Positions 43,401 to 55,805 of a DNA stretch of 64,000 nucleotides are shown one piece after another; the first letter of the stretch is position 1, and every line of letters starts with the position of its first letter. Origin of the DNA: Dendrobates tinctorius (Eukaryota). The stretch lies in NCBI RefSeq assembly GCF_039654945.1, contig NW_027361924.1, forward strand, positions 11,036,001-11,100,000. Reading direction: 5' to 3'. A model generated the notes under the pieces. The model was not told the DNA's origin and did no database searches. It worked only from the letters and a program-made list of their open reading frames with translations. A program made the position numbers and the translations under genes.

Positions 43401-46400
43401 CTCGCACCTCAACACCTGGCACTGCTGCTGGCACTCAGGACCAGAGCGCTCAGCTGCATAGAAATACATGCAGCCACACACTCTGGTCCCGAGTGCTGGT
43501 GGCAGTGCCGGATGTTGAGGTGTGAGACTCATGCGAGTTTCTCGCAAGTCTGACCCCGACTTTACAGGTCTATTACTCCAACCTCACCTTTCTAGTCTCC
43601 CATTAGGGCATCTTCGGGAATTGGGGGAAGTGACCTGGTCTGGAATATCCACAAGAGAAGCTTACAGAGTATATAATGAAGAGGAACGAAGAGAACCCAC
43701 AGATCTCGTGGTCCCTGTGTTTGTACAGAGGTAACAGCATTTTTATTTTTGCAATAATCTCATTTTTTTACTTTTTTTTTTTTGCTCAATGAACGGAGAT
43801 ATAGTGAATATCCAGGATATTCCCACACTGTAAGAACCGGGTGAGAATCACAGACCAGGATGTTCAAACTTTTCCTATTCTGATTGGAATGTGTCATCAG
43901 AAAATGATTGTTTATGTCAGAGTTTTGTGTTTCTTTTTTTTTTTTAAACATTTCTGGCCATTTTTTTTCTTATTATTAAAATGCAAATAGTTGTATCCTT
44001 GCAATTTTCACATTGGCCACTAGGGCATTTCTAGAATGATACTTCTTGAGTTTTCAGCAGTCTCATTGTCATTAAAGGCAGGATTACAATGGTAGGTAAC
44101 ACCTCTATACACAGGATTCACCAATCACAATAGGCAATGTTAAAGCTGGACCTTTACAATGAACTTTGTACTTCCTCATTAGATGCTTCAAAACAAAAGA
44201 TAGGGGCGGAGTATCTCCTAGCTGCTAATGTAAATGTGCATTTCCTGAAACAGCAGGAAGTTACCGAGAATAGAAAAGTCCCAGTGGCCGGTGTGAAACT
44301 TGCAAAATTTCTACTTAAAAAAATATACCGTATGTATTTTTGTGTTAAATCTAATATATATTTCAACAATAGGCCATTTCCTAATTATATATTCCCTTAA
44401 AGGTCCATTTAGACGAGACCATTTTGACCCATAACGAGTGCCAGAAGACTATGTACATATTGATTAGCACTTATTGGCGGTATAGAAATTATGGGAACAC
44501 ATTGGAACCTAATATGGTCATTCTGTGCTCATACAGGACCATTGTATCAGCAGCACATCCACTGTGTATACCAATAATCATGATTTTTATGCCATATAAA
44601 CCATCTAATCACTGATAAATGAGCATTTTGCTCTTTTCACCAGGTGATCGCTGACTTGATCAACGATCAGGAACTAGAGCTGTTCCAAAAGCTGGTTTGG
44701 CATTGTAGTCTCGGGTTGTCGCACCTTCATTTCGATTTTCTGCGCTTCTTCTCACACTCATCCTGCAATGTTCTCGCACTGCCTCTCTGAATTATGGTTA
44801 TTTATGAGAAGTGATTCTCTCCTCGGTTATTTTTTTATCATATTTTTTCTTTGATTAAGCAGAACGTGTCTGAAAGGAAACATTTTATTTCAGCTGCAAA
44901 ATGTTCTTGGATGAAAACGAAGAGAAGTTAATAGCAGACGCTTACAGCATCACGGGTAGGTGACCACTTTGCGTTTTTTGGTTAGACCTGCTTAGTAGAT
45001 GGAGTGACAGTCAATATCACAGGTAGGTGTCCGAGACTCGATGGTGCCACTCAACATGGCCGACAATATGCAACATTGTACTACATCCCCCATTTCCATA
45101 TCCTGACATATCTAGGATTACTCTTCTTCATAACCAGTAGGGTCTATAGTCATAGGAATACCTATAACCATGGAATAGTTTTTTTCCCTGGCGATTTGTT
45201 TGTAGTTTTTGATTAATTTCTGGGATAGGAAGTAGCTGGCTGATATCTACCACTGTCAGCCATATAAGCTTTTTATTTTAATGGCCGCCTGTCACGTCTC
45301 CGTCAGATTTGGGGCCTGCTGTTCCGGTCGCAGCCACTAGGAGGCGCCGGGCCGCCACTTCGCCGTCAGACTCGGGGACGGCTCTTCCTGCCTCGGCCAC
45401 TGGGAGGCGCCGTGGTTCTATTACATCGCCGTCAGACTCAGGGCCTATGGTCCCAGCTTTAGCCACTAGAAGGCGCCGGTCTGTCACGTCACCGTTGGAT
45501 TCGAGGCCTGCTGTTCCGGTCACGGCCACTAGGAGGCGCCAGACCGCCACTTCACTGTCAGACTCGGGGACGGCTGTTCCTGCCTCGGCCACTGGGAGGC
45601 GCCGTGGTCCGCCCGTGAGTTATGGTGGTGACAGAGAAGTGGCTCCTGCGCAGGCATCTGGTGGGCGCAGGCTCCGCCCCTCTGTCAGTCATCAGGGGGT
45701 TACTGCAACTCCATCTGGCCTGGTCCTGGGGGCGGCCCTAATGACATCACCAGTCCAGGAACCTGTGAGGGATGACCTGATCCCTCAAATACCTTGGGAC
45801 TGGTCTTGCAAGCCGCCGGATATATTCTTGGTTCCCCTGTGTGTTACTTAGTGATTGATTTCTGTTTGACTCTGACCTCAGCCTGGATTTCTGACCCCTC
45901 TTTTGCCTGACGATTCTGTACTTCTGCTACTCTCCTGGTTTGTGACCTTGGCCTGGATATTCTGACTCTGCTACTTCCTAACGATTCTGTACCTCTGCCG
46001 CCCTCCTGGTTTTTGACTCTGACCTTGGCCTGAAATTGACTCTGCTATTGCCTGCCGTTTTTGTACTTCACTCTGACGACCGTCCTGCTCTGGCCGCTGC
46101 TCCTATTCAGACAGTACCTCCTGGGCTCTGTTGTAAATCCAGATCCCTGTATAGGGGTAAAGGGTATCAGTGTTTCTCGGGGTGTTGCCTGGCTGCAGCC
46201 CAGAACCGCAGACGGACGTTACATTATATCCGGCCGTAAAATTAACTGCTTCTTGTGTATATACCCAACATATACAAAAGCAGTCTCCCTGAACTTTTTT
46301 TTTTTCTTCTTCTGACTGAGCTGATTTTTAGCCTGAACACCTGTTGCAGTGCACAGCCTGGAAGATCTCTCTCATTTTCTTGGACAACTATGCGGCAGTC

Positions 46401-49400
46401 TGGAGTCTTCAGGGAGAGAGCTGCACCTCAGAGATCCATGCTCCTGGCACGTCGACCTCTGGGCAACTACTCTGGCTATGGTTGCCCAGGGGCTCAGGTA
46501 TTGCCCGCAGATGCGGCTAAAGTTTTATTACCCATTTCAGTTTCATGTGGTCAGAAATCGCTGTGTTTAAACGCGTATGTGGATAGTGGCTCTGAAGGAA
46601 ATTTTATGGATTCCTTGACTGCTAGGAATCTGGGTGTAACTCTACTAAAACTTAATGCCCCTATTAAAACCACGGCTATTAATGGCACGTCCATTATTCA
46701 GGAGGGGGTTAAGTTTGTTACTGCCAAGGTTGCTATGTCTGTGGGAGCCTTACACACTGAGCTGGTGTCATTTTTTGTGATGGACAATTTAACCTCTGCA
46801 GTTATTCTGGGTATGCCATGGCTACGCCAGCACAATCCTGTCATCGACTGGCACTTGGGTGACGTTGTACGCTGGAGCCCACAGTGTCAGAAAAATTGCA
46901 TATCCTTGGCAGTAAACCAAGTTAAGGTTAAAACCCCCCACATACCGTTTGCTTTCAGAGATTTTGAGGATGTCTTTTCTATTGTAGAATCTGAAAAGCT
47001 ACCCCCTCACAGAGAGTATGATTGCCCTATTGATCTGATTCCGGATGCCCGTCTCCCTAAGGGAAGAATATTTAATCTCTCTGGCCCAGAGCGTCAGGCC
47101 ATGAATGACTATATTGCAGATAGCCTAAGAAAAGGGTTTATCAGACCGTCCATTTCTCCAGTTGGGGCCGGGTTCTTCTTTGTGGAGAAGGAAGATGGTG
47201 GTCTCAGACCCTGCATTGATTATCGGGAGTTGAATGCAATCACTATAAAAAACCAGTATCCGCTTCCACTCATCCCTGATCTTTTTAATCAGCTAACAGG
47301 AGCCCGTTGGTTTACTAAACTTGACCTCCGGGGGGCATATAATCTGGTCCGCATAAGAAAGGGAGATGAGTGGAAAACGGCCTTCAATACACCCCTTGGC
47401 CATTTTGAGTACCTGGTTATGCCGTTCGGACTCAGCAACGCACCTGCCGTATTTCAGCACTTTGTTAATGATATTTTTAGAGACATTTGTGGGGTGTATG
47501 TCGTGGTGTATTTAGATGACATTCTGATTTACTCTGCTGACCCTGTGACACACTCTCAACACGTCTGTTCTGTGCTACAAAGACTACGTGAACACTCCTT
47601 GTTTGCTAAACTGGAGAAATGTGTCTTTTTTGCTGAGGAGGTACAGTTTTTAGGATACATGGTTTCAGGTAAAGGCTTCCGCATGGATCCTGCCAAGGTC
47701 CAGCCTATTAAGGCTTGGGTGCAACCAAAATCGCTGAAAACGCTGCAGCGATTTTTGGGGTTCGCTAATTATTACCGCAAGTTTATTAGAGGTTTCTCAG
47801 AGATTGCCAAGCCACTCACGGATCTGACCCGGAAAGGGGCGGACGTGGCCAACTGGAATCCTGAGGCAATTCAGGCGTTTTCTACGTTAAAAGAGTTTTG
47901 TGGCCAACCCAGTTTTGGTTCAGCCGGATCTGGACCGTCCATTTATTGTGGAGGTGGATGCCTCTGAAGTCGGAGTGGGAGCAGTGCTATCACAAGGCAC
48001 TACATAACTCACTCTGCTTCGTCCATGTGCGTTTTTTTCCCGCAAATTCTCTCCCACGGAGAAAAACTATGATATTGGGAATCGGGAACTATTGGCAATT
48101 AAATGGGCCTTCGAGGAATGGCGTCACTTCCTCGAGGGCGCCAAACACAAGATCACGGTAATTACCGATCATAAGAACCTGACATACCTAGAATCAGCAA
48201 AAAGGTTAAATCCTAGACAAGCAAGGTGGGCATTGTTTTTCTCTAGGTTTAATTTTATAATCACCTTCCGCCCTGGTACAAAAAATGTGAGGGCCGATGC
48301 CCTCTCTCGCAGTTTCTGCCCCTCACAAGCCGAGGACTGTGAACCAGTTCCGATATTGGCCACTGGGATCATTGTGTCCGCAGTGTCATTGGACCTTCTG
48401 GAGGAGATCCGTAAATCCCCAGAACAAGCCCCTGACACTACGCCACCCAACAAATTGTTCGTTCCGCCTGCATTTCGCCTACAAGTACTTAGAGAATCAC
48501 ATGACTCTGTCTTGGCAGGCCATCCTGGTCTCAATAATACCGCCAGATTGATAACTAGGAATTTTTGGTGGCCGACGGTGGTTAAGGACTGCAAAGAATA
48601 TGTCTTAGCATGTGAGGTCTGTGCCCGTGCCAAGTCCTCCCATACTCGCCCTGCCGGCTGGCTCCAGTCCTTGCCCACCCCCGAGAGTCCATGGACCCAC
48701 ATCTCCATGGACTTCATTACGGACCTACCGTCCTCAGATGGAAAGACGTGTATCTGGGTGGTGGTGGACAGGTTCAGTAAACAATGTCATTTTGTCCCCC
48801 TGTCGGGGTTACCTAACTCGGAAACGTTGAGTAAACTGTTTATTGTACATGTGGTACGTTTACACGGTGCCCCGGTCAATATTGTGTCTGACAGGGGTAC
48901 CCAATTCGTGTCAAAGTTCTGGAGGGCGTTCTGTAAACGCATTGGTATTGAGCTATCTTTTTCCTCGGCTTACCACCCTGAAACCAATGGGCAAACCGAA
49001 CGTGTCAACCAGGCTCTGGAGCAATACCTTCGTTGCTACATCTCAGAACACCAGTCCGATTGGGCAGAACATCTGCCACTAGCCGAGTTTGCCCTAAACA
49101 ATCAGTATCAGGACTCCATTAAGTCTACCCCCTTTTTCTGCAACCACGGGCTGCATCCGCGCTTTGGCTCATTCTCGGCCAGAATATCGGAGCTTCCTGT
49201 GGTAGAGAAAAATATACATCGTTTAAAAACCATTTGGTCTGAGGTAAACTCTAACTTGAAAGGGGCCCGGGTTAGACAGACCTCAGCAGCGAACAAACGG
49301 CGATCCAAAGGACCGCACCTGGGAGTTGGAGACAAGGTTTGGCTCTCCACCAAAAACATCAAGCTTAAAGTACCGTCTGCCAAACTGGGTCCCAGATTTA

Positions 49401-51747
49401 TTGGTCCATACTAGATTATAGAGGTGATTAACCCGGTGGCCTTCCGTTTAAAACTCCCTCAGTCTTTCAAATTACCCAACGTCTTCCACAAGTCTCTCCT
49501 CAAGTTGTATCGCTCCCCAATTCACCCTGTCCCGTCCCCTCCTCCTCCCGTTTCGGTCGGAGGGTCCTTGGAGTATGAAGTCCAGGGTGTCCTTGACTCC
49601 CGCCTTGTAAGAGGGTCCGTACAGTATCTGGTACACTGGAGGGGATACGGCCCGGAGGAGAGGTCCTGGGTCCCTGCGCAGGACATCCATGCAAAAGCAC
49701 TAATTAGAAGGTTTCACCTCCTTCACCCTGACAAACCAGGTTTTGAGGGTCCGGAGGCCCCTCTTGGAAGGGGGGGTACTGTCACGTCTCCGTCAGATTT
49801 GGGGCCTGCTGTTCCGGTCGCAGCCACTAGGAGGCGCCGGGCCACCACTTCGCCGTCAGACTCGGGGACGGCTGTTCCTGCCTCGGCCACTGGGAGGCGC
49901 CGTGGTTCTATTACATCGCCGTCAGACTCAGGGCCTATGGTCCCAGCTTTAGCCACTAGGAGGCGCCGGTCTGTCACGTCACCGTTGGATTCGAGGCCTG
50001 CTGTTCCGGTCACGGCCACTAGGAGGCGCCAGACCGCCACTTCACTGTCAGACTCGGGGACGGCTGTTCCTGCCTCGGCCACTGGGAGGCGCCGTGGTCC
50101 GCCCGTGAGTTATGGTGGTGACAGAGAAGTGGCTCCTGCGCAGGCATCTGGTGGGCGCAGGCTCCGCCCCGCTGTCAGTCATCAGGGGGTTACTGCAACT
50201 CCATCTGGCCTGGTCCTGGGGGCGGCCCTAATGACATCACCAGTCCAGGAACCTGTGAGGGATGACCTGATCCCTCAAATACCTTGGGACTGGTCTTGCA
50301 AGCCGCCGGATATATTCTTGGTTCCCCTGTGTGTTACTTAGTGATTGATTTCTGTTTGACTCTGACCTCAGCCTGGATTTCTGACCCCTCTTTTGCCTGA
50401 CGATTCTGTACTTCTGCTACTCTCCTGGTTTGTGACCTTGGCCTGGATATTCTGACTCTGCTACTTCCTAACGATTCTGTACCTCTGCCGCCCTCCTGGT
50501 TTTTGACTCTGACCTTGGCCTGAAATTGACTCTGCTATTGCCTGCCGTTTTTGTACTTCACTCTGACGACCGTCCTGCTCTGGCCGCTGCTCCTATTCAG
50601 ACAGTACCTCCTGGGCTCTGTTGTAAATCCAGATCCCTGTATAGGGGTAAAGGGTATCAGTGTTTCTCGGGGTGTTGCCTGGCTGCAGCCCAGAACCGCA
50701 GACGGACGTTACACCGCCTTCGACTCAATCTCGAGCCATTGCAACTTGATAGATGAAAACTCTGTAGGAAGATTGATCTTGTGCAGCCTAGATAGGTCCA
50801 CCAGGGTCTTCTCTGTTATCTTGATTGTATCAAGCCATCGGGTTGCGGGTCTTCCTCTTAACCTTGCTCCTTCTATTCTTCTGACCATGATGTCCTTCTC
50901 CAGTGATTGCTCTATAAGGTACAAGGACAAATTCCTCTGTCACTTGGCCGCCCAGAAGTTCCTCCCCATTCCTTCCTTTAATTCTGTCTGACAGTCAGAT
51001 AAAACTGCCCGCTTCCTATGAAGCACTACTAAAATACAGGAGAGGAGCTGTCTGTGGAGGGAGGAAGTAGCTAACTTCTTGACCTACTGGTTCACGAAAG
51101 AAAACTAAACAGAAATAATTGTATTGGAAGGAGGTAAAACAATGGGACATTTATTGTGGGGTGTAGTGTGTAGCTATTGGCCCCATATCATAACTTAGAG
51201 GTTCTAGCCCATCACGATTACTAGTGAGTGAGTCCAGAACAATAATTCTTTTTCGTTTCGTCTTTTCTTTCTTTCTTTGGTTTCCATATTATTTGTCCAT
51301 CCCAGTAATTTACCTGATCTCCATGGAGGGTAGGATGGTCCCAATTATCTTTATGGGTTTCGCATTTTTAATCTTCTTGAAACCAGATCCATTCCACTAT
51401 GAGATTTTTTTTTTGTACTTACAGGAATTCACCCAATCATTGTGATCACACACTCGTCCTCCGGGAACTTTGGAGAATTTATCCAAAAGTTTGAAAAGTT
51501 AACGTCAACTCACTTTATCACACTGGAAAACTACACTAACGAGAACCCAAAACCAAACCCCGAAACTGACGGCAAAATCTTGGAGTTCCTACAGACGTGC
51601 ATTAAAGAAGCAGAGTCCAGAATTAAAAAGATGTCGGAAGAAGATCCAGCTGAGAGAATAGTTCAACAGACATCTCAGCAGGTTAATGAGGAGGCAGCAA
51701 GACTAAAGGAATCCCGTGATCGACTGCAGAAAGTTCTGAGGAAATAG
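40093..51747 (+). CDS. IFI44/IFI44L-like P-loop GTPase without TLDc domain, paralogue 1 (287 aa)
   Basis: join(40093-40447,43607-43730,44894-44955,51425-51747)=864 nt in frame; G1 [14 protein letters not shown]3 DNRG, G4-like PIIVITH, ENY...D.KIL.FL C-terminal block like IFI44. Confidence 0.75.
40489..43079. repeat. 61-62-bp minisatellite (~42 copies)
   Basis: catgtcacatgtataactggcaggtatgtgcagacgtcatgccactggcaccgctcacttctacatctggaggtgagcagcacgg-type units (unit length approximate, may be nearer 85 bp x ~30). Confidence 0.9.
43366..43561. mobile_element. Palindromic Harbinger-type MITE
   Basis: ggttgggatcagacttgcgagaaactc / gagtttctcgcaagtctgaccccgact; TTA TSD. Confidence 0.75.
43607..43730 (+). 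CDS. IFI44-like 1, coding exon 2
   Basis: [10 protein letters not shown]...DLVVPVFVQ, phase 1-2. Confidence 0.75.
44894..44955 (+). CDS. IFI44-like 1, coding exon 3
   Basis: [20 protein letters not shown], phase 2-1. Confidence 0.7.
45290..50713 (+). mobile_element. Ty3/Gypsy chromovirus (Tf1/sushi group) LTR retrotransposon, defective
   Basis: 934-bp LTRs 45290-46223 and 49780-50713 (TG..CA), 5-bp TSD CCGCC, PPT 49766-49777; PR (VDSGS), RT (YLDD), RNase H, integrase, GPY, chromodomain. Confidence 0.97.
46510..50341 (+). pseudogene. Gypsy pol with frameshift and stops
   Basis: Frameshift ~47893, TAA 48005-48007, TAG 49412-49414; last segment reads through into the 3' LTR. Confidence 0.9.
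50714..50920 (-). mobile_element. RTE-clade LINE 3' fragment (Gypsy target)
   Basis: [29 protein letters not shown] resembles the RTE/BovB C-terminus; probable tail lies left of the 5' LTR (~45268-45289). Confidence 0.7.
51425..51747 (+). CDS. IFI44-like 1, last coding exon
   Basis: ttacag|[10 protein letters not shown]...LENYT...RLQKVLRK*; AATAAA ~51914. Confidence 0.8.
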
Positions 51748-52431
51748 AGAAGTTCTGAAGGAACGTGTTATATCCCACAGAAGCGCAGATACCGGAAAAA
51801 AAGGACATTGAGCTTTTGCTTGTTGCACGTGCGGCTCTATTTGCAGCTCGCTGTTGCGATACTTTCCTCGTCTTTTGCGCCAATTGTAACTTTTGCATCT
51901 TTTCTTTGCAAAAAATAAAACAAAACATTCACTTCTGGCTGAAATTTGTAGTCTTTATTACTTTTACGAGAGCGTATATCTTCTTCTTTTCTTCACGACG
52001 TCATTAGTCTCCACCATCAGTTAGGGCCTGTCCAGGTTTGTTTGTTTTTTACATTTGGATGTCACAAAAAGAGGTGTTCAGACATACTCATTGGCGCAAA
52101 AGTGGTTAACAAATGTATACCTTTGACTAGGTTTTATCTAGACATATGGTTTTTTTGGGAGAACATGCAGTAAATGCACCAGCCATGCATTATTCTCAGC
52201 GTCCATCTTCAGGAGCGCACCGCTCCTCTGCCTCCTGGCTTCCTGTTTGCTGGGAGTCCGTGTGCTTCTGATGATTGACAGGTCGGCTATACAGCATGGC
52301 TGAGCCGCTGGTCCAAATGGTGAGCTCTCCCATGCTGCAAGCAAACCCTTTAACTGTCTATGGCATATTTCCCTGGTGTTACATCACGCACGTTCTTTGT
52401 CGCTTGGCAGAGTCGTCTGCATTGATACAAT

Positions 52432-53066
52432 GGGAATTTCCTTCCTGTAGTTTCCCCTTAAGTCCAGGTGAAAATGTTCTTCTCTTAATGTATATTTAAT
52501 ACAGAGAAGCTTCCACTAAAATCCAAAACTTTTACAACCTTTGAACTGTACCATAGATGTGACAAGAGGAATGATATTTAGAAGAGCAGATGATGACCAG
52601 AGAGGAAGGGGTAAATGCAGAGGTACTGGATCATTTTCACTTTCGCTCTGGATAAGATTCCAGTAAATACATTTGTGGTATTTGTTCTGGGTGTGGTGGC
52701 AAGATAAAGGGATTTAGAAAAAAATATCTGCAGGTTGCTATCAGACTTCTACATTTATATCTGTTTGTGTAGAAGCTGGGTGTCCAACAGCACAAAGAAT
52801 AATAAACACAAAAATCCCTAGTTTCTTTATCAATCCTATAAAAAATGAATGGAATCAGTACTGTGAAGAAGTCGCAGAAGTACTATTTGGCGTTGGTCTT
52901 CCCTACTGCTTGACCCCATGGCGGTGCCCATCACTCTGATCTTCAGTCTATATATATCACTGTTGTAATGTCATTTTCTAATGAAGACTTGTCTGAAATG
53001 TAAGATAGTCCTATATTCCAAACTCAATTTGTGTCTCAACCAATAGCAAAACTACAACTCCCAGAA
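52432..53066. promoter_or_regulatory. NF-kB + ISRE + ZNF143-like cluster
   Basis: GGGAATTTCC 52432-52441; TTTCACTTTC 52635-52644; CCAAT 53040; ACTACAACTCCCAGAA 53051-53066. Confidence 0.5.
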
Positions 53067-53375
53067 GATCCTAAGTGAAGGACAGTTAGCTCACTGTATC
53101 TTCTGTGGTGATCGTCATCGGTCAACACTAAATAGGAAGATGATGATGATGAAACTCATGGTTTGCAGGAATCAAATATATAACATTGAGAAGGAAAAAA
53201 TACATAGAAGGCAATTGCCAAAATAATACCGCCTGTTGTGCACAAGGATGTAATTATACTGGCACCTGTGGACACAAATATTGATACTTTAATACTGGAC
53301 ACAAACATAGCAACAATAAAATAATTGCTTATGGCAAAGGAGCATTATTTGTAGTCGTTATTCTCTTGAACATCA

Positions 53376-55805
53376 GGGGCAGTATTATAGTAGTTATATT
53401 CTTGTACATAGGAGCAGTATTATAGTAGTTATATTCTTGTACATAGGGGCAGTATTATAGTAGTTATATTCTTGTACATAGGGGCAGTATTATAGTAGTT
53501 ATATTCTTGTACATAGGGGGCAGTATTATAGTAGTTATATTCTTGTACATAGGAGCAGTATTATAGTAGTTATATTCTTGTACATAGGGGCATTATTATA
53601 GTAGTTATATTCTTGTACATAGGAGCAGTATTATAGTAGTTATATTCTTGTACATAGGGGCAGTATTTAGTAGTTATATTCTTGTACATAAGGGGGAGTG
53701 TTATGAACGGGTCGCCGAGGAGGAAATAAAAAACAACATAAGCTAAGTCTCAGAAAACCAAAGAGGTTGGTAACTATGCAGACTGCAGTCCCCTGATCCT
53801 AACACGCAACTAGCAGCAGTCGTGGAGCGCTTCTACGGTGGTCCTAGACGCCTCGTCACAACCGGAGAGCTAAATAAGCCTAAAGCAGGAAAAGAGGAAA
53901 ACTAACTGCCCCAGAGCAGATCCCAAAGGAAAGACAGCCCCCCACATGTATTGACGGTGAAACAAGATGAAAACAAAAACAAAGGCAGGAAAATAGGCTG
54001 AGCAAATGATGGGGCCAAACTAACTAGAAAGGACAGGAAAGGAAAGACACTGTCTGCAATCTGCCAAAAACCCTACCAAAATGTCCAACACAACTGATAG
54101 CAAAATTAACCTTGAAGTCACTAGACTTCTCCCACTATATTAGCACTCTGAAATATTCTGAGACAGAGCAAAAAGAGGCCAATCTAATAAGGGACAAAAA
54201 AAGGCAATTTGGCAAATAGAGATAAATAAGAGTGGAAATTCAGCGCAGCCCAGCCGGGCTGGCTGACCACACAAAAAACTGAATTGACCAACAAGAGCAT
54301 GTGTGAACATTAGCTAAAACAAATTTAACTTGAGAAGACTGGAACAGAGCTGAGTCCAAGACTTAATCACCAGCACCAGGATAGGGCGTCGGCTGTCATA
54401 TCCAGTCTGATACTCCAGAGATCCAATCGTTATCTTCCTCACCAGGTGGCAGATCACTACCAATTAAACCAACCTCACTACCTCCTGTCACCACCAGAGG
54501 GAGAACGGAAGGAGAACTCTCAACTGGTGGAGCAGAAAGTGAGCTCATAACAGGGGAGTATTATAGTAGTTATATTCTTGTACATAGGGGGCAGTATTGT
54601 AGTAGTTATATTCTTGTACATAGGAGCAGTATTATAGTAGTTATATTCTTGTACATAGGGGCAGTATTATAGTAGTTATATTCTTGTACATAGGGGCAGT
54701 ATTATAGTAGTTATATTCTTGTACATAGGGGGCAGTATTATAGTAGTAATATTCTTGTACATAGGGGGCAGTATTATAGTAGTTATATTCTTGTACATAG
54801 GGGAAGTATTATAGTAGTTATATTCTTGTACATAGGGGAAGTATTATAGTAGTTATATTCTTGTACATAGGGGGCAGTATTATAGTAGTTATATTCTTGT
54901 ACATAGGGGGCAGTATTATAGCAATTATATTCTTGTACATAGGGGGCAGTATAATAGTGGTTATATTCTTATACATAGGGGCAGTATTATAGTAGTTATA
55001 TTCTTGTACATAGGGGGCAGTATTATAGTAGTTATATTCTTTACATAGGGAGCAGTATTATAGTAGTTATATTCCTGTACATAGGGGGCAGTATTATAGT
55101 AGTTATATTCTTGTACATAGGGAGCAGTATTATAGTAGTTATATTCTTGTACATAGGGGCAGTATTATAGTAGTTATATTCTTGTGCATAGGAGCAGTAT
55201 TATAGTAGTTATATTCTTGTGCATAGGAGCAGTATTATAGTAGTTATATTCTTGTGCATAGGAGCAGTATTATAGTGGTTATATTCTTGTGCATAGGAGC
55301 AGTATTATAGTAGTTATATTCTTGTGCATAGGAGCAGTATTATAGTAGTTATATTCATATACATAGGGGCAGTATTATAGTAGTTATATTCATATACATA
55401 GGGGGAGTATTATAGTAGTTATATTCTTGTACATAGGGGCAGTATTATAGTAGTTCTATTCTTGTACATAGGTGCAGTATAATAGTGGTTATATTCTTAT
55501 ACATAGGTCCAGTATTATAGTAGTTACATTCTTGTACATAGGGAGCAGTATTATAGTAGTTATATTCTTGTACATAGGGAGCAGTATTATAGTAGTTATA
55601 TTCTTGTACATACGAGCAGTATTATAGTAGTTATATTCTTATACATAGGAGCAGTATTATAGTAGTTATATTCTTGTACATAGGGAGCAGTATTATAGTA
55701 GTTATATTCTTGTACATAGGAGCAGTATTATAGTAGTTATATTCTTGCATATAGGGGCAGTATTATAGTAGTTATATTCTTGTACATAGGGGGCAGTATT
55801 ATAAT
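53376..55805. repeat. 35-36-bp AT-rich minisatellite
   Basis: ggggcagtattatagtagttatattcttgtacata. Confidence 0.95.
53699..54552. mobile_element. Solo LTR (854 bp) inside minisatellite
   Basis: TGTTATGA...TCATAACA inverted termini, GGGGAG on both flanks. Confidence 0.8.
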
